From assembly GCF_038871235.1 (NCBI RefSeq), contig NZ_JAVZIN010000001.1, forward strand, positions 32,001 through 96,000: a stretch of 64,000 nucleotides of DNA. Direction: 5' to 3'. The notes under the pieces were generated by a model. That model saw nothing but the letters and a program-made list of their open reading frames with translations, was not told where the DNA came from and did no database searches. This document shows, one piece after another, positions 1 through 9,442 of the stretch (its first letter is position 1; every line of letters starts with the position of its first letter). Origin of the DNA: Candidatus Hadarchaeum sp. (GTDB lineage: Archaea; Hadarchaeota; Hadarchaeia; Hadarchaeales; Hadarchaeaceae). Position numbers and translations under genes: made by a program.

Positions 1-160
1 GTGCCTTTTCGGCAAAAGGAGTTAGTAAGACGCCGCCCCTGGGTAGCTCTTCAACCCTGAAGACTATTTCAACTTTGCCTGCTCTACACAAGCGCAGTGC
101 CGTACATCTTTTCGGGTCGCATTCTCGGGCATGATATACCGTGATTTGCATGGACATCAT
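1..160 (-). CDS. tsr3: 16S rRNA aminocarboxypropyltransferase Tsr3, 5' part (runs off the window edge; absent from the ORF track)
   Basis: Manual translation gives MMSMQITVYHARECDPKRCTALRLCRAGKV...LLTPFAEKA; YHxxECDPKxCT is the Tsr3/DUF367 N-terminal signature. Start may be 151, 157 or 160. Confidence 0.85.
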   Translation of the reverse strand, partial: MMSMQITVYHARECDPKRCTALRLCRAGKVEIVFRVEELPRGGVLLTPFAEKA

Positions 161-233
161 TGATGATAACAGGTTTCCTCATTTAGTTTTTAAATGTTTA
201 ATCCGCTAGATTTCATGGCTGCGAGGTCGTTCG

Positions 234-1316
234 ATGAATTCCTACGAGAGGGTTATGAAAATCCTGCTCGGCATGAAGGAGGAGGTCGACAGAATCCCCT
301 GCGTCAACTTTGCCAGCGTGGCCACGGTAGATTTCATGAAGGCCACAGGCTCTTTTTGGCCCGCCGCTCACAAGGATCCGGTGAAGATGGCCAAGCTATC
401 CTCAGCCGCTCACAGGCTTTGCGGCTTGGACAATATCACAGTACCATTCTCCACGGTTGTCGAGGCGGAGGTCTTGGGCGCCGTGATCGATTATCGCGAG
501 GACAGGGTAAGATGGCCCTCCATCAAGGAATTTCGGGTGAAAGAAATCTCTGATCTAAAATTCCCTGAGGACGTTGCCAAGGCTGGGACCGTCCCGGTGA
601 TAACCGAGGCGATCAAGCTGCTCAAAGAAGAGTTTGGTGGCAGGGTTCCAGTCAACGCTTTTCTGGTGCCGCCCTTTACCAGCCTGAGCAGCTACTTGGT
701 AGACACCATTTCCTTTTTGAAATGCTTGATAAAGGAGCCGGAAAAAGTTCATGACCTCTGCACCGCCGTCTTGGACGTTTATATTGAGATAGCAGAACTC
801 TATCAGGAAGCTGGTGCCGATGTTATCACCCTTCACGAGATGGGGGCCTCCAACGATAACATCTCTCCGGACCATTTTGATGAGTTTGTCAAGCCCTATC
901 TGAAAAAGATCATCGGCCGCTTGTCCGTGCCCACCGTTTTGAACATCTGTGGGTCGGCAGTGAGAATAGTGGATAAGATGGCAGAGTCCGGTCCCAGCGC
1001 CATCGCGGTGGACGAGCGAACTTCCCTTCGTGAGGCCAGAAAAGCGATCGACAGGGTTAGGACAGGGGCACCGCTGATCGGCAATATATCCGCTTACTGG
1101 GTGATTCATTTGGGCCCGGTTGAAAAGATAAGGGAGGCCGTGGGGAAGGCCATTGGCGAAGGTGTTGATATGGTGTCTCCAGGGTGCGATTTCTGGTTGG
1201 AAACACCGACCGAGCACATCAGGGCCCTTGTGGAGACCACTAAGGAGCTGGGAAGCCCTCCACCTTGGTTGGGAGGAAAATCTCGCGCCATAATGGATAA
1301 AGAGAATGCCGGATAA
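234..1316 (+). CDS. MtaA/CmuA-family methylcobamide methyltransferase (UroD fold)
   Basis: 360 aa with AHKDPVKMAKL, VEAEVLG, ISPDHFDEFVKPY, LIGNIS and SPGCD motifs typical of MtaA/MtbA. Confidence 0.8.
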   Translation: MNSYERVMKILLGMKEEVDRIPCVNFASVATVDFMKATGSFWPAAHKDPVKMAKLSSAAHRLCGLDNITVPFSTVVEAEVLGAVIDYREDRVRWPSIKEFRVKEISDLKFPEDVAKAGTVPVITEAIKLLKEEFGGRVPVNAFLVPPFTSLSSYLVDTISFLKCLIKEPEKVHDLCTAVLDVYIEIAELYQEAGADVITLHEMGASNDNISPDHFDEFVKPYLKKIIGRLSVPTVLNICGSAVRIVDKMAESGPSAIAVDERTSLREARKAIDRVRTGAPLIGNISAYWVIHLGPVEKIREAVGKAIGEGVDMVSPGCDFWLETPTEHIRALVETTKELGSPPPWLGGKSRAIMDKENAG

Positions 1317-1337
1317 GTCGCCATTGGAGCTGGTAAA

Positions 1338-2477
1338 TTGGCCCGGGAAATACTGTCGAACGCCGTGATTTTGACGGGAAGAGAGTTAGAAATAACACGG
1401 GGCTACATGGTGATTGAGGACGATGTGATCAAGGAAATTTCCGAGGGCTCTCCCCAGAGGCGAGCGGTGAATCTAAACGGTGGTTTTATCATACCTCCTT
1501 TCATCAACGCCCATACTCATGTGGTGGATTCGGTAGCCAAGGAGCTTTATCTTGGCAAAAATCAGACCCAAGTAGTTGGTCCGCAGGGTTTAAAGTTCCG
1601 GGTGCTGGAGCGAAGCGCACCAGTCCAGAAGGCACAAGCCACGAAGGCCACGCTGCAGGATATGCTGGCCACCGGAACCCTTGCTCACTGTGATTTCAGA
1701 GAGGAGGGTGTCGATGGCGTGAATTTTCTGAGAGGAATTATTTTGCCCCCGTTAACTTCAATTATTCTGGGTCGATTCTCCAAAGTTGAGGAGATGCTGA
1801 AGGTGCTTTCAATATCAGATGGTTTGGGTATTCCTAGTTTGGACGCATTTTCTGAGGAGGTTTTGGAGGAAGCATCTGTAGCTGCGCGTGAGGCCAAGAA
1901 ATTTTTCGCAGTTCATGTTGCCGAGAATGCTCATGAGGTGCTGGCGTTCAAAAAAAAGCATCACCGAAGCGAGGTGGAACAGGCCATCAAACTCAGGTTT
2001 ACTTTTGTCGTTCATGCCACCCACTGCAGCGAGGAGGAACTTTTGAGGCTAAAGGCAAATAAGACCCCTGTGGTTTTTTGTGCCCGTTCCAATAGCCTGT
2101 TGGGAGTTGGTGTGCCACCGATTAATCTGGCTTTGAAGACAGGTACTGAATTCTTCCTCGGCACCGACAATGCAATGGTCTGCCAGCCCGACATGTTTGA
2201 GGAGATTTCCTTCGCATGGAGATGCCTCCGCCGAGACAACACCGCAGCGGGCTCTGAGGAGGCCAAGTCGTTGCTTGCTGCAGCCACGGTTAAACCCCTC
2301 AGCCTGTTCAACTTACCCTGGGGTCCGGTTGAGGAGGGCCAGAAAGCCACCTTTTTGATTTTAGCTAGGAAGAGCAATCTCCTCCATCTTTCCGATGTTT
2401 ACGCAGGTTTAGTCAACCGGGCTCGTGCCGACAACATAAGGGCTATCTATTTTAACGGCAAAATAATTATAAGTTGA
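1338..2477 (+). CDS. Metal-dependent amidohydrolase/deaminase
   Basis: PPFINAHTH, HVAE, HATH and LGTDN metal-ligand motifs. Confidence 0.85.
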   Translation: MAREILSNAVILTGRELEITRGYMVIEDDVIKEISEGSPQRRAVNLNGGFIIPPFINAHTHVVDSVAKELYLGKNQTQVVGPQGLKFRVLERSAPVQKAQATKATLQDMLATGTLAHCDFREEGVDGVNFLRGIILPPLTSIILGRFSKVEEMLKVLSISDGLGIPSLDAFSEEVLEEASVAAREAKKFFAVHVAENAHEVLAFKKKHHRSEVEQAIKLRFTFVVHATHCSEEELLRLKANKTPVVFCARSNSLLGVGVPPINLALKTGTEFFLGTDNAMVCQPDMFEEISFAWRCLRRDNTAAGSEEAKSLLAAATVKPLSLFNLPWGPVEEGQKATFLILARKSNLLHLSDVYAGLVNRARADNIRAIYFNGKIIIS

Positions 2478-2536
2478 TAACCCTAAACAAATACTATAAA
2501 ATATCAGCGAATGATGTTGAATCTGGAAGCGATAAC

Positions 2537-3373
2537 ATGAAAGTAAAGGACGTAATGACTAAAGAGGTCAAGTGGGTAGAAGTTCCGGGGTCACGTTCTG
2601 ATGCCTTGGACCTGCTCAGAAAGCTAGGCGTCAGCGCCGTCCCAGCGGTGAAGCGCGGGACCGATGAGCTCGTGGGGATGGTCACGTTGCGCAAGCTCTT
2701 TGAGCACCCGGACGAGGACCAGCTGGCAATGCTGGTCGACCGAGAGGTACCAACGGTTACTCCTGATGAGAACATTGAGGAGGCTGCCATGAAGTTCCTA
2801 AAGTCAGGGGTTAGGAGGATGCCTGTTTTAAAGGATGGAAAACTCGTCGGCGTCATCACGGTCAGGGATATCGTTTACCGCGCGATAGCCGAGTTAGGCA
2901 TAGAGCGCCCGGCTTCGGATCTCATGCGGAAGCACGTCTTCGTTGTCTGGGAAGGCACACCAATCAGGGCAGCCATTGAGATAATGGACTTGGCGGGCTT
3001 CAGAGGCTTGCCGGTGATAAACGAGAATGGTGCCATGGTGGGAATAATAGATGATTATGATATCATTAAAGTCAGCGATGTTGAGGTTGGATCAAAGGTC
3101 AGCCAGATGGCGGGAAGAAGCGAGGGAGACAGCTGGACTTGGGACAGCGAAGACCGTGTGTATATCACCAAGAGCATGTTAAAGGTCCCGGACAAACTGG
3201 TAAAGGATGTCATGACCAAGGAGCTAGTCACCATCACTAGGAAGACCCCGATTAGCAGAGTGGCTCAACTGATGAAACAGAACAAAGTCGAGCAGACGCC
3301 GGTCGTTTCATCTGAGGGCAAACTGGTAGGTATAGTACGAGATATTGATCTACTCCGCGCGCTGACGGAGTGA
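2537..3373 (+). CDS. Protein with four CBS domains
   Basis: Repeated KVKDVMT...PV...GKLVGI units; start moved to ATG 2537 (MKVKDVMT). Confidence 0.9.
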   Translation: MKVKDVMTKEVKWVEVPGSRSDALDLLRKLGVSAVPAVKRGTDELVGMVTLRKLFEHPDEDQLAMLVDREVPTVTPDENIEEAAMKFLKSGVRRMPVLKDGKLVGVITVRDIVYRAIAELGIERPASDLMRKHVFVVWEGTPIRAAIEIMDLAGFRGLPVINENGAMVGIIDDYDIIKVSDVEVGSKVSQMAGRSEGDSWTWDSEDRVYITKSMLKVPDKLVKDVMTKELVTITRKTPISRVAQLMKQNKVEQTPVVSSEGKLVGIVRDIDLLRALTE

Positions 3374-3388
3374 TGGATTTTCAAATTT

Positions 3389-4921
3389 TTGGTGCTTGAA
3401 GTGAAAGACAAGTCAGAGGAAATGATGGAGCTGGTCCGCAGACGGGGCTTCATCTGGCCATCTTTCGAGATCTACGGTGGGGTCGGTGGCTTTTACGATT
3501 TTGGCCCGCTGGGGTCGGTGTTGAAAAATAAGATAATTCAAAAATGGCGTGAGTTCTATCTCATTGGGGAGAACTTCTTCGAGATAGATTCACCCAGCGT
3601 CATGCCGGAAGAGGTGTTGAAGGCCAGTGGCCATGTTGACCATTTCGTCGATGCGATGGTGGAGTGCAAAAAGTGTGGAAATTCTTTCAAGGCAGTCGAC
3701 GTTGCCCGCGAGGCCACAGGCAAAGATATCGAGGGCATGAAGGAGACAGAGATGGACGAGTTCTTTACCAAAAATAGGATTAAATGCCCAGATTGCGGCG
3801 GTGAACTGGGGAAAGTTTTTCTCTTCAATTCTATGTTTCGCACGACCATTGGTCCAGGCAGCCAGAGAGTAGGCTATCTGCGACCAGAAACTGCCCAGGG
3901 TATATTCATTGATTTTAAGCGGCTCCAACGCCATGCCCGTGGGAGACTGCCCTTTGGGGTGATCCAGATTGGCAAAGGTTACCGCAATGAGATATCACCT
4001 CGTCAGGGCATAATCAGACTACGTGAATTCACCATGGCCGAGGCAGAGGTGTTCTTCGACCCCGACAATCCGCATCACCCAAATTTTTCCTGCTTTGCCG
4101 ATGAAAAAATTCGGCTGTGGCGGGCTGAGGATCAGATAAAGGGGGAGGAAAGAGTAGTGGAGGTCACCGCGAGGGAGGCGGTAGAAAAAAACTACATTCA
4201 CAACGAACTCATCGCCTACTATGCGGTTTTGACCAAAAAATTCCTCGAGGAGCTAGGCATACCTTATGAGCACATAAGATTCCGGGAACAGAAACCGTGG
4301 CAGAGGGCACATTATTCCAGCGAAACCTGGGACGCCGAGGTCTACACGGAGCGTTTTGGCTGGGTGGAGGTCGCCGGAATTGCCAACCGCACAGATTATG
4401 ACCTCTCGCGCCACGCAAAGTTCAGCGGCGAGGATTTAACGATGACGGTTGGTGAGGGCAGTAGGAAGATAATCTGTCATGTGGTCGAGCCCTCCTATGG
4501 GATCGACCGGCCGCTCTATTGCGTCCTCGAGCATGCCTATGTTGAAGAAGGTGATCGGAAATATCTTCGGCTGAAAAAGTGGTTGGCCCCAGTTGAGGTC
4601 GGCGTGTTTCCACTGCTCAAGCGAGATAGACTGCCGGAGAAGGCCTTGGAGGTGCAGTGCCTATTGAGGTCCAGAGGGTTACTGGCGGAGTACGATGATT
4701 CAGGATCGATTGGCAGGCGCTATGCGCGAGCAGATGAAATCGGCACACCTTACTGCGTGACGGTCGATCATCAAACAATGGAGGATGGTACAGTCACTGT
4801 TAGGGATAGGGACTCAACCAAGCAGATCAGGGTCAGCATCGAAAAACTGCCTGATGTTTTATCATCGCTTCTTCGCGATCAAATCAATTTTGAAAAGGCC
4901 GGTACTCCGGTTAAAAAATAA
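3389..4921 (+). CDS. glyS: Glycine--tRNA ligase (alpha2 type)
   Basis: RRRGFIWPSFEIYGG, LRPETAQG, RNEISPRQG, EPSYGIDR and a C-terminal anticodon-binding domain. Confidence 0.97.
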   Translation: MVLEVKDKSEEMMELVRRRGFIWPSFEIYGGVGGFYDFGPLGSVLKNKIIQKWREFYLIGENFFEIDSPSVMPEEVLKASGHVDHFVDAMVECKKCGNSFKAVDVAREATGKDIEGMKETEMDEFFTKNRIKCPDCGGELGKVFLFNSMFRTTIGPGSQRVGYLRPETAQGIFIDFKRLQRHARGRLPFGVIQIGKGYRNEISPRQGIIRLREFTMAEAEVFFDPDNPHHPNFSCFADEKIRLWRAEDQIKGEERVVEVTAREAVEKNYIHNELIAYYAVLTKKFLEELGIPYEHIRFREQKPWQRAHYSSETWDAEVYTERFGWVEVAGIANRTDYDLSRHAKFSGEDLTMTVGEGSRKIICHVVEPSYGIDRPLYCVLEHAYVEEGDRKYLRLKKWLAPVEVGVFPLLKRDRLPEKALEVQCLLRSRGLLAEYDDSGSIGRRYARADEIGTPYCVTVDHQTMEDGTVTVRDRDSTKQIRVSIEKLPDVLSSLLRDQINFEKAGTPVKK

Positions 4922-5885
4922 GCATATAAGTTATCGGTAGCACGATGAAAAGTGAGAGCAGAGTGGTGTAGAAAATAATTGCGCTGTACATCTTCAGGTC
5001 CAGCTTGTAGTTCCAAGCCAGCATCATGTTGAAAAATCCTGGCGGCATTATCGATTGAACCAGCGATGGTCGTGGCGTGATGTCGGTCTGCAGGCTCAGG
5101 CCCAATGCTAAGATTAGCCCATAGGTCACCAGCGGACCAATGATGAACCTCATCAACGAGACCATCGTTATGTCCTTCACGTATTTTCTTGGGCTAGCGA
5201 TAGGCATCTGGTACCCCACGAGCAGGAGCATGAGTCCGAAGAAAGGTTTGGTTAAATAGGCGTCAAAAAATTCTCTGGCGACAGTCGGAAGCGGCGCGCT
5301 GAAAGCGACGAAGAGCAAGGCGACGATTAATGCAAAAGCAGCAGGAAAAGTGATGATGTTTTCGATCACGGACCCAACAGTGATTTTCTTTCTCACCGCT
5401 GTTGCCGCCAGCATTACTCCCAAAACAAGATGGGGGACGGAGATGCCGATCGCATAAAGAGCCGCCGGCCCAAGCCCGTTTAACCCCCTGACGTCAAAAA
5501 ACGCATAGATGACTGGAAGGCCCAAGAAAGTGACGTTTTGAAATGCCGAATTTAATGAGATAGCAACCATCGTTTTTCTATCATCTCCGCAAATCCTCGA
5601 CACAGCTACTGAGGCCACAAAACAGACGCCCATGGTAAAAAATGCCATCACGAAGGCGTTGCCCATTATGGCCAATTCAATGAGGCTATAGCGAGATATC
5701 GAGACAAAAACTACCGTTGGCAATATTACCCATATAACTAGGGTGTTGAGAATACCAAACGCTTTGTCAGCAACAGGTTTCAGGAATTTTAAGGGCTTGA
5801 TTTGATGGGTAATTGCTCTGGCGAGAATTCCGGCCACCACGATTGAAAAGACATAGAGGGCGGTGCTGAAGAACGTCTCGAGCGT
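4911..5885 (-). CDS. AEC (auxin efflux carrier)-family membrane transporter
   Basis: About 10 TM segments and an NxxFLGLP motif. The frame stays open upstream of the GTG at 5840 and completes TM1; start tentatively placed at ACG 5885. Confidence 0.8.
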   Translation of the reverse strand, partial: TLETFFSTALYVFSIVVAGILARAITHQIKPLKFLKPVADKAFGILNTLVIWVILPTVVFVSISRYSLIELAIMGNAFVMAFFTMGVCFVASVAVSRICGDDRKTMVAISLNSAFQNVTFLGLPVIYAFFDVRGLNGLGPAALYAIGISVPHLVLGVMLAATAVRKKITVGSVIENIITFPAAFALIVALLFVAFSAPLPTVAREFFDAYLTKPFFGLMLLLVGYQMPIASPRKYVKDITMVSLMRFIIGPLVTYGLILALGLSLQTDITPRPSLVQSIMPPGFFNMMLAWNYKLDLKMYSAIIFYTTLLSLFIVLPITYMLIF

Positions 5886-5902
5886 TGTTTCAACCCTATA
5901 GG

Positions 5903-7252
5903 TTATCGTTGTTGATCCTTTTCAACCTTCTTCAGTGACTCCTCAAATATTTCAAAGCCAACATCCGCCTGTTCCTCTGTGAGTATAAGTGGAGGCGCAA
6001 GCCTGAGCGATGAGGCACCTGCGCCCAGCAACACTAGTCCGTTCTTAAAGGCTTCCTCTATCAGCGCATTTCTGAAGTCCTTTGCGGGTTTCTTTGTGTG
6101 TCTGTCTTCTACGAACTCTATCCCAATCATCATACCCCTCCCGCGAACGTCACCAATGATTTCGTGGGATTCAGCTAGTTCCTTGAATCTCTTAAGCAGA
6201 TATCCACCAACCTTCGCCGCGTTCTGATCGAGCTTTTCCTCCTTCAGTATGTCCAATACTGCCAAAGCGGCCTCACAAATGACTGGGTTCCCACCTAACG
6301 TATTTTCATGCGCGTTAGGATCCCAGTCCATGAGTTCGGCGCGAGCGATTGCGGCACCACATGGGAGCCCCGCCGCCATCGCTTTAGACACAACCATAAC
6401 ATCCGGTTCTACTCCCACATGATCTGATGCCCACCACTTCCCGGTTCTACAGAAACCTGTCTGAACCTCATCCACAACGAAAATTATGTTGTTTCTCTTG
6501 CAGAGCTTAGCAAGCGTAGGCAAGTAGTCGTCAGGCGGGACGATGTATCCTCCGGCCCCCTGTATCGGCTCGATGAGCATGCAGGCGACATCGTCTGGCG
6601 GAACTACCTTCTTCAGAATAGTTTCCTCTATGAATTCTATACAGGCAAGTCCGCATCCCGGATATTCCTGCTTGAACGGGCAGCGGTAGCAATATGCGTA
6701 AGGCACATGGTAAACCCCCTGCATCATCCCTTTGAAGTGCCGGCGAGCGGAGACACTTGTTGTAGTCAGAGCTAGTGATCCCATTGTCCTCCCGTGAAAT
6801 CCGCCAATGAAGGCAATCACATAATAGTTGCGGGTTTGCCACTGAGCTATTTTCAGCGCACACTCAACCGCCTCCGTGCCGGAGTTGCCAAGAAAAACTC
6901 GCTTTTTGAACTTGCCCGGGGACAATTCGCACAATCGCTCCATCAGCTCGACCTGTGGGAGCGTATAAAAGTCGCAACTGTTTACAAAAATCAGCTTCTC
7001 TGCTTGGCGCTTAATGGCTTCGACGACTTTGGGATGTTTATGTCCAACGTTGGTCACAGCAATTCCGGAGCTGAAATCTAGAAAAATATTTCCATCAATA
7101 TCCTTTACCCATACCCCCTCTTCTTCCACCCCCACCAACGGGGCGGTCCTTGTCAGAGAAGGCGAACTCACAGCATGATCTCGCTCAATAAACGCTTTAG
7201 CCTTTGGCCCAGGCGGGTTCACAATAATTTTTGGTCTTTTCAAATTTTTCAA
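5903..7252 (-). CDS. Class III PLP aminotransferase (ornithine/4-aminobutyrate aminotransferase family)
   Basis: NSGTEAVE, FHGRT, EPIQGAGG, DEVQTG and the PLP-lysine SKAMAAG motif. Confidence 0.92.
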   Translation of the reverse strand: MKNLKRPKIIVNPPGPKAKAFIERDHAVSSPSLTRTAPLVGVEEEGVWVKDIDGNIFLDFSSGIAVTNVGHKHPKVVEAIKRQAEKLIFVNSCDFYTLPQVELMERLCELSPGKFKKRVFLGNSGTEAVECALKIAQWQTRNYYVIAFIGGFHGRTMGSLALTTTSVSARRHFKGMMQGVYHVPYAYCYRCPFKQEYPGCGLACIEFIEETILKKVVPPDDVACMLIEPIQGAGGYIVPPDDYLPTLAKLCKRNNIIFVVDEVQTGFCRTGKWWASDHVGVEPDVMVVSKAMAAGLPCGAAIARAELMDWDPNAHENTLGGNPVICEAALAVLDILKEEKLDQNAAKVGGYLLKRFKELAESHEIIGDVRGRGMMIGIEFVEDRHTKKPAKDFRNALIEEAFKNGLVLLGAGASSLRLAPPLILTEEQADVGFEIFEESLKKVEKDQQR

Positions 7253-7405
7253 TTATTGTTCCTCCTTCACTCCCGCATGTTCCCTGATAAATTTTTTCTG
7301 TTGTATAAAAGCGTTTGTCTCCTCAATCAATATAGAAAAAAATATATTATAAAGTATAGATATACTTAAATAGATATGTTCTATTGTATTCTATGGAGGG
7401 CTGAC

Positions 7406-7912
7406 ATGTCTCCTGTAAAAAAAGAGGATGTTTATGGTCTATTTTTACAAGAAAAGCCAAAAGAAATAATTGTTTACCTAAAGAAGGAAAATAAACCTCT
7501 TTATACTTCAATAATATCTAAAAAAGTAGATTCTACATATGCACACACGTTTAACATCATTTCTGAGCTGGAAAAGCTAAAATTAGTTTCTTTTAAGGAA
7601 TCGGGGAGAATAAAGCTAGTTAAATTGACAGAACTGGGCGAGGAAGTGGCCAAGACCATCATCAACCTCTTGGATCTTTTGAAGTTGGCAGAATTGGAAA
7701 AAGAGCTTTTTAAAATATATGACAAGGAAATAAAAGGAAAATTGAGGGAACAAATGAATAAAGAGTCGATAAATAGGCAATTAAATAAGTTAAAGGATGA
7801 AATAAACACATCTTTCAAGGAAAGTCCCGAAAATATTTCTATCTTGGCTAAGAAGCTATTGAAAAAAATTGACGGCATATTGGCGGAAGTTTTCGGGTAT
7901 ATTCCTGGATAA
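7406..7912 (+). CDS. Winged-helix (MarR-like) DNA-binding protein with a helical C-terminal extension
   Basis: FLQEKP...YTSIISKKVDSTYAH...GRIKLVKLTELG wHTH pattern; the gene is conspicuously AT-rich. Confidence 0.75.
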   Translation: MSPVKKEDVYGLFLQEKPKEIIVYLKKENKPLYTSIISKKVDSTYAHTFNIISELEKLKLVSFKESGRIKLVKLTELGEEVAKTIINLLDLLKLAELEKELFKIYDKEIKGKLREQMNKESINRQLNKLKDEINTSFKESPENISILAKKLLKKIDGILAEVFGYIPG

Positions 7913-8020
7913 AACAGATCTTCTAGGGTGTAAAAATGACTCTTGTAGAGTAACAATCCGAAAAGAGTGGGTTTCTGAAAATAAAATTTTTGCTTGCTGG
8001 ATCCCCATGAAGTCGGTTAT

Positions 8021-8112
8021 TTACCCTGTATAAGGTAATTCAAAAATAGGAAAAATCGGTGCTCATGAAAGAAAAATACCCTTAAAGAGTGTTAAAATTA
8101 CCCACCATAAGG
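8021..8112. promoter_or_regulatory. Two copies of TTACCC-N3-ATAAGG upstream of the 8158 gene; candidate operator
   Basis: TTACCCTGTATAAGG at 8021-8035 and TTACCCACCATAAGG at 8098-8112; the second abuts a TATA-like CTTAAATA. Confidence 0.45.
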
Positions 8113-8157
8113 CTTAAATATTGAAATTACTCATTAATAAAGTGAAAATTACTTAGG

Positions 8158-8517
8158 ATGAGTGATAGTTTGGAAGAAAGGGGAGGGGCAGAAAAACTGT
8201 TGGCGCTGGCCTATGGAAATCATCCCAAGAGTTCATCCCTGAAGCCGGAAGCGTTGAAGGTGATGAGATCGCTAAGGGAGGGCGCGAAGAACATCGATGA
8301 GCTAGCGGCAGTGTTGGGGTTGGATCTAAAAACGGCCGGGGGGCGCAAGCATTTTTATGTGCTGATGAAACCATTGCGGGAGACTGGGATGGTCGCCACG
8401 AGAAAGTCAGGGGGCAAGACAGTTTACTATCTGAGCTATGATGGGTTCAACCAGTTTCTCCGCGACATAAGAAAGGAGGCCGAGTATTGGCTGGTCCCTG
8501 AGGCGCATCAAGGTTAA
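8158..8517 (+). CDS. Putative winged-helix DNA-binding protein
   Basis: KNIDELAAVLGL helix followed by GMVATRKSGGKTVYYLS wing. Confidence 0.65.
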   Translation: MSDSLEERGGAEKLLALAYGNHPKSSSLKPEALKVMRSLREGAKNIDELAAVLGLDLKTAGGRKHFYVLMKPLRETGMVATRKSGGKTVYYLSYDGFNQFLRDIRKEAEYWLVPEAHQG

Positions 8518-8551
8518 AATAGGGGGAGTGTTAGTAAAAGGCGGTGGAAAT

Positions 8552-8875
8552 TTGACCCGCAAGACAGGCAAGATGGCCGTGAAGGCCAGACAACTGGCCC
8601 GTTCCGCGAAGCTGGCCAGGTACAAGCGTGAGCTGTCACAGGCTGGGGTAAGCCTGAGCCTGCCCAAGCCTTCGAAAAAGGCCTTGAAAGAGAAGGAAGA
8701 GGAACTCAAGAAGCTTTACATGGAGCTCGTCCCGCAGAAAGCGGAGGAGAAAACCGAGGAAGAACAGCCCGTTGAGGAGCAAACTGAGCAGGCTTACGAA
8801 GAACAAACCGAAGAGGAGCAGCCAGGGTCTGAGGAAGACACCGGTTTTGAGGATCAAGACCAGTATGACACCTGA
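8552..8875 (+). CDS. Hypothetical protein with basic N-terminus and acidic repetitive tail
   Basis: K/R-rich start, then EEKTEEEQP/EEQTEEEQP repeats; TTG start after GGTGG. Confidence 0.6.
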   Translation: MTRKTGKMAVKARQLARSAKLARYKRELSQAGVSLSLPKPSKKALKEKEEELKKLYMELVPQKAEEKTEEEQPVEEQTEQAYEEQTEEEQPGSEEDTGFEDQDQYDT

Positions 8876-9434
8876 GCGCAGACGATTGAGGCTAGCCGGA
8901 GTCTGCGGAATTGCGGCACCGGTAGTGGCTCTTTTGTTCATCTTCTCAGCGATATCGCTTTCGCCTTGGTTTAGCTGGACGGCGAATGCCCTCAGCGATT
9001 TGGGCGTTGGAGAAGCCGCTCTAGTCTTCAACTCTGGATTGGTGCTGGGAGGATTTCTGGCGACGGTTTTTGCCGCGATAATGCTCTCGATCTATCAAGA
9101 TAGAATCCGGCGCGTGGGTGGTTTGGTTTTTTTACTGGGCACCATCTCCCTTATCGGAATCGGGATATTTTCCGAGGCGGCAGGGCGAATCCACTTTTAC
9201 TTTTCAGTGGCCTTTTTTGTGCTGGTACCTATCTCCTTCTGGATTTTGGGTATCGGCATATTGCGCTCGGGTCATAAGAATTGGGGGGTGCTGACGGTCG
9301 TACTTGGAGTAGTTGGTGCCCTGCCCTGGGTTTACCACTGGACCGCCGTGGCGATTCCTGAGCTGTTATCGGCCCTATGTTTTACTGCTTGGAGCCTCGT
9401 CCAAGGTGCGAGGTTTTACTTAGGCCGGCCATAA
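8865..9434 (+). CDS. DUF998-family membrane protein
   Basis: PWFSWTANALSDLG and LIGIGIFSE...IH motifs, about 6 TM segments. Confidence 0.85.
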   Translation: MTPERRRLRLAGVCGIAAPVVALLFIFSAISLSPWFSWTANALSDLGVGEAALVFNSGLVLGGFLATVFAAIMLSIYQDRIRRVGGLVFLLGTISLIGIGIFSEAAGRIHFYFSVAFFVLVPISFWILGIGILRSGHKNWGVLTVVLGVVGALPWVYHWTAVAIPELLSALCFTAWSLVQGARFYLGRP

Positions 9435-9442
9435 CCGTCGAT

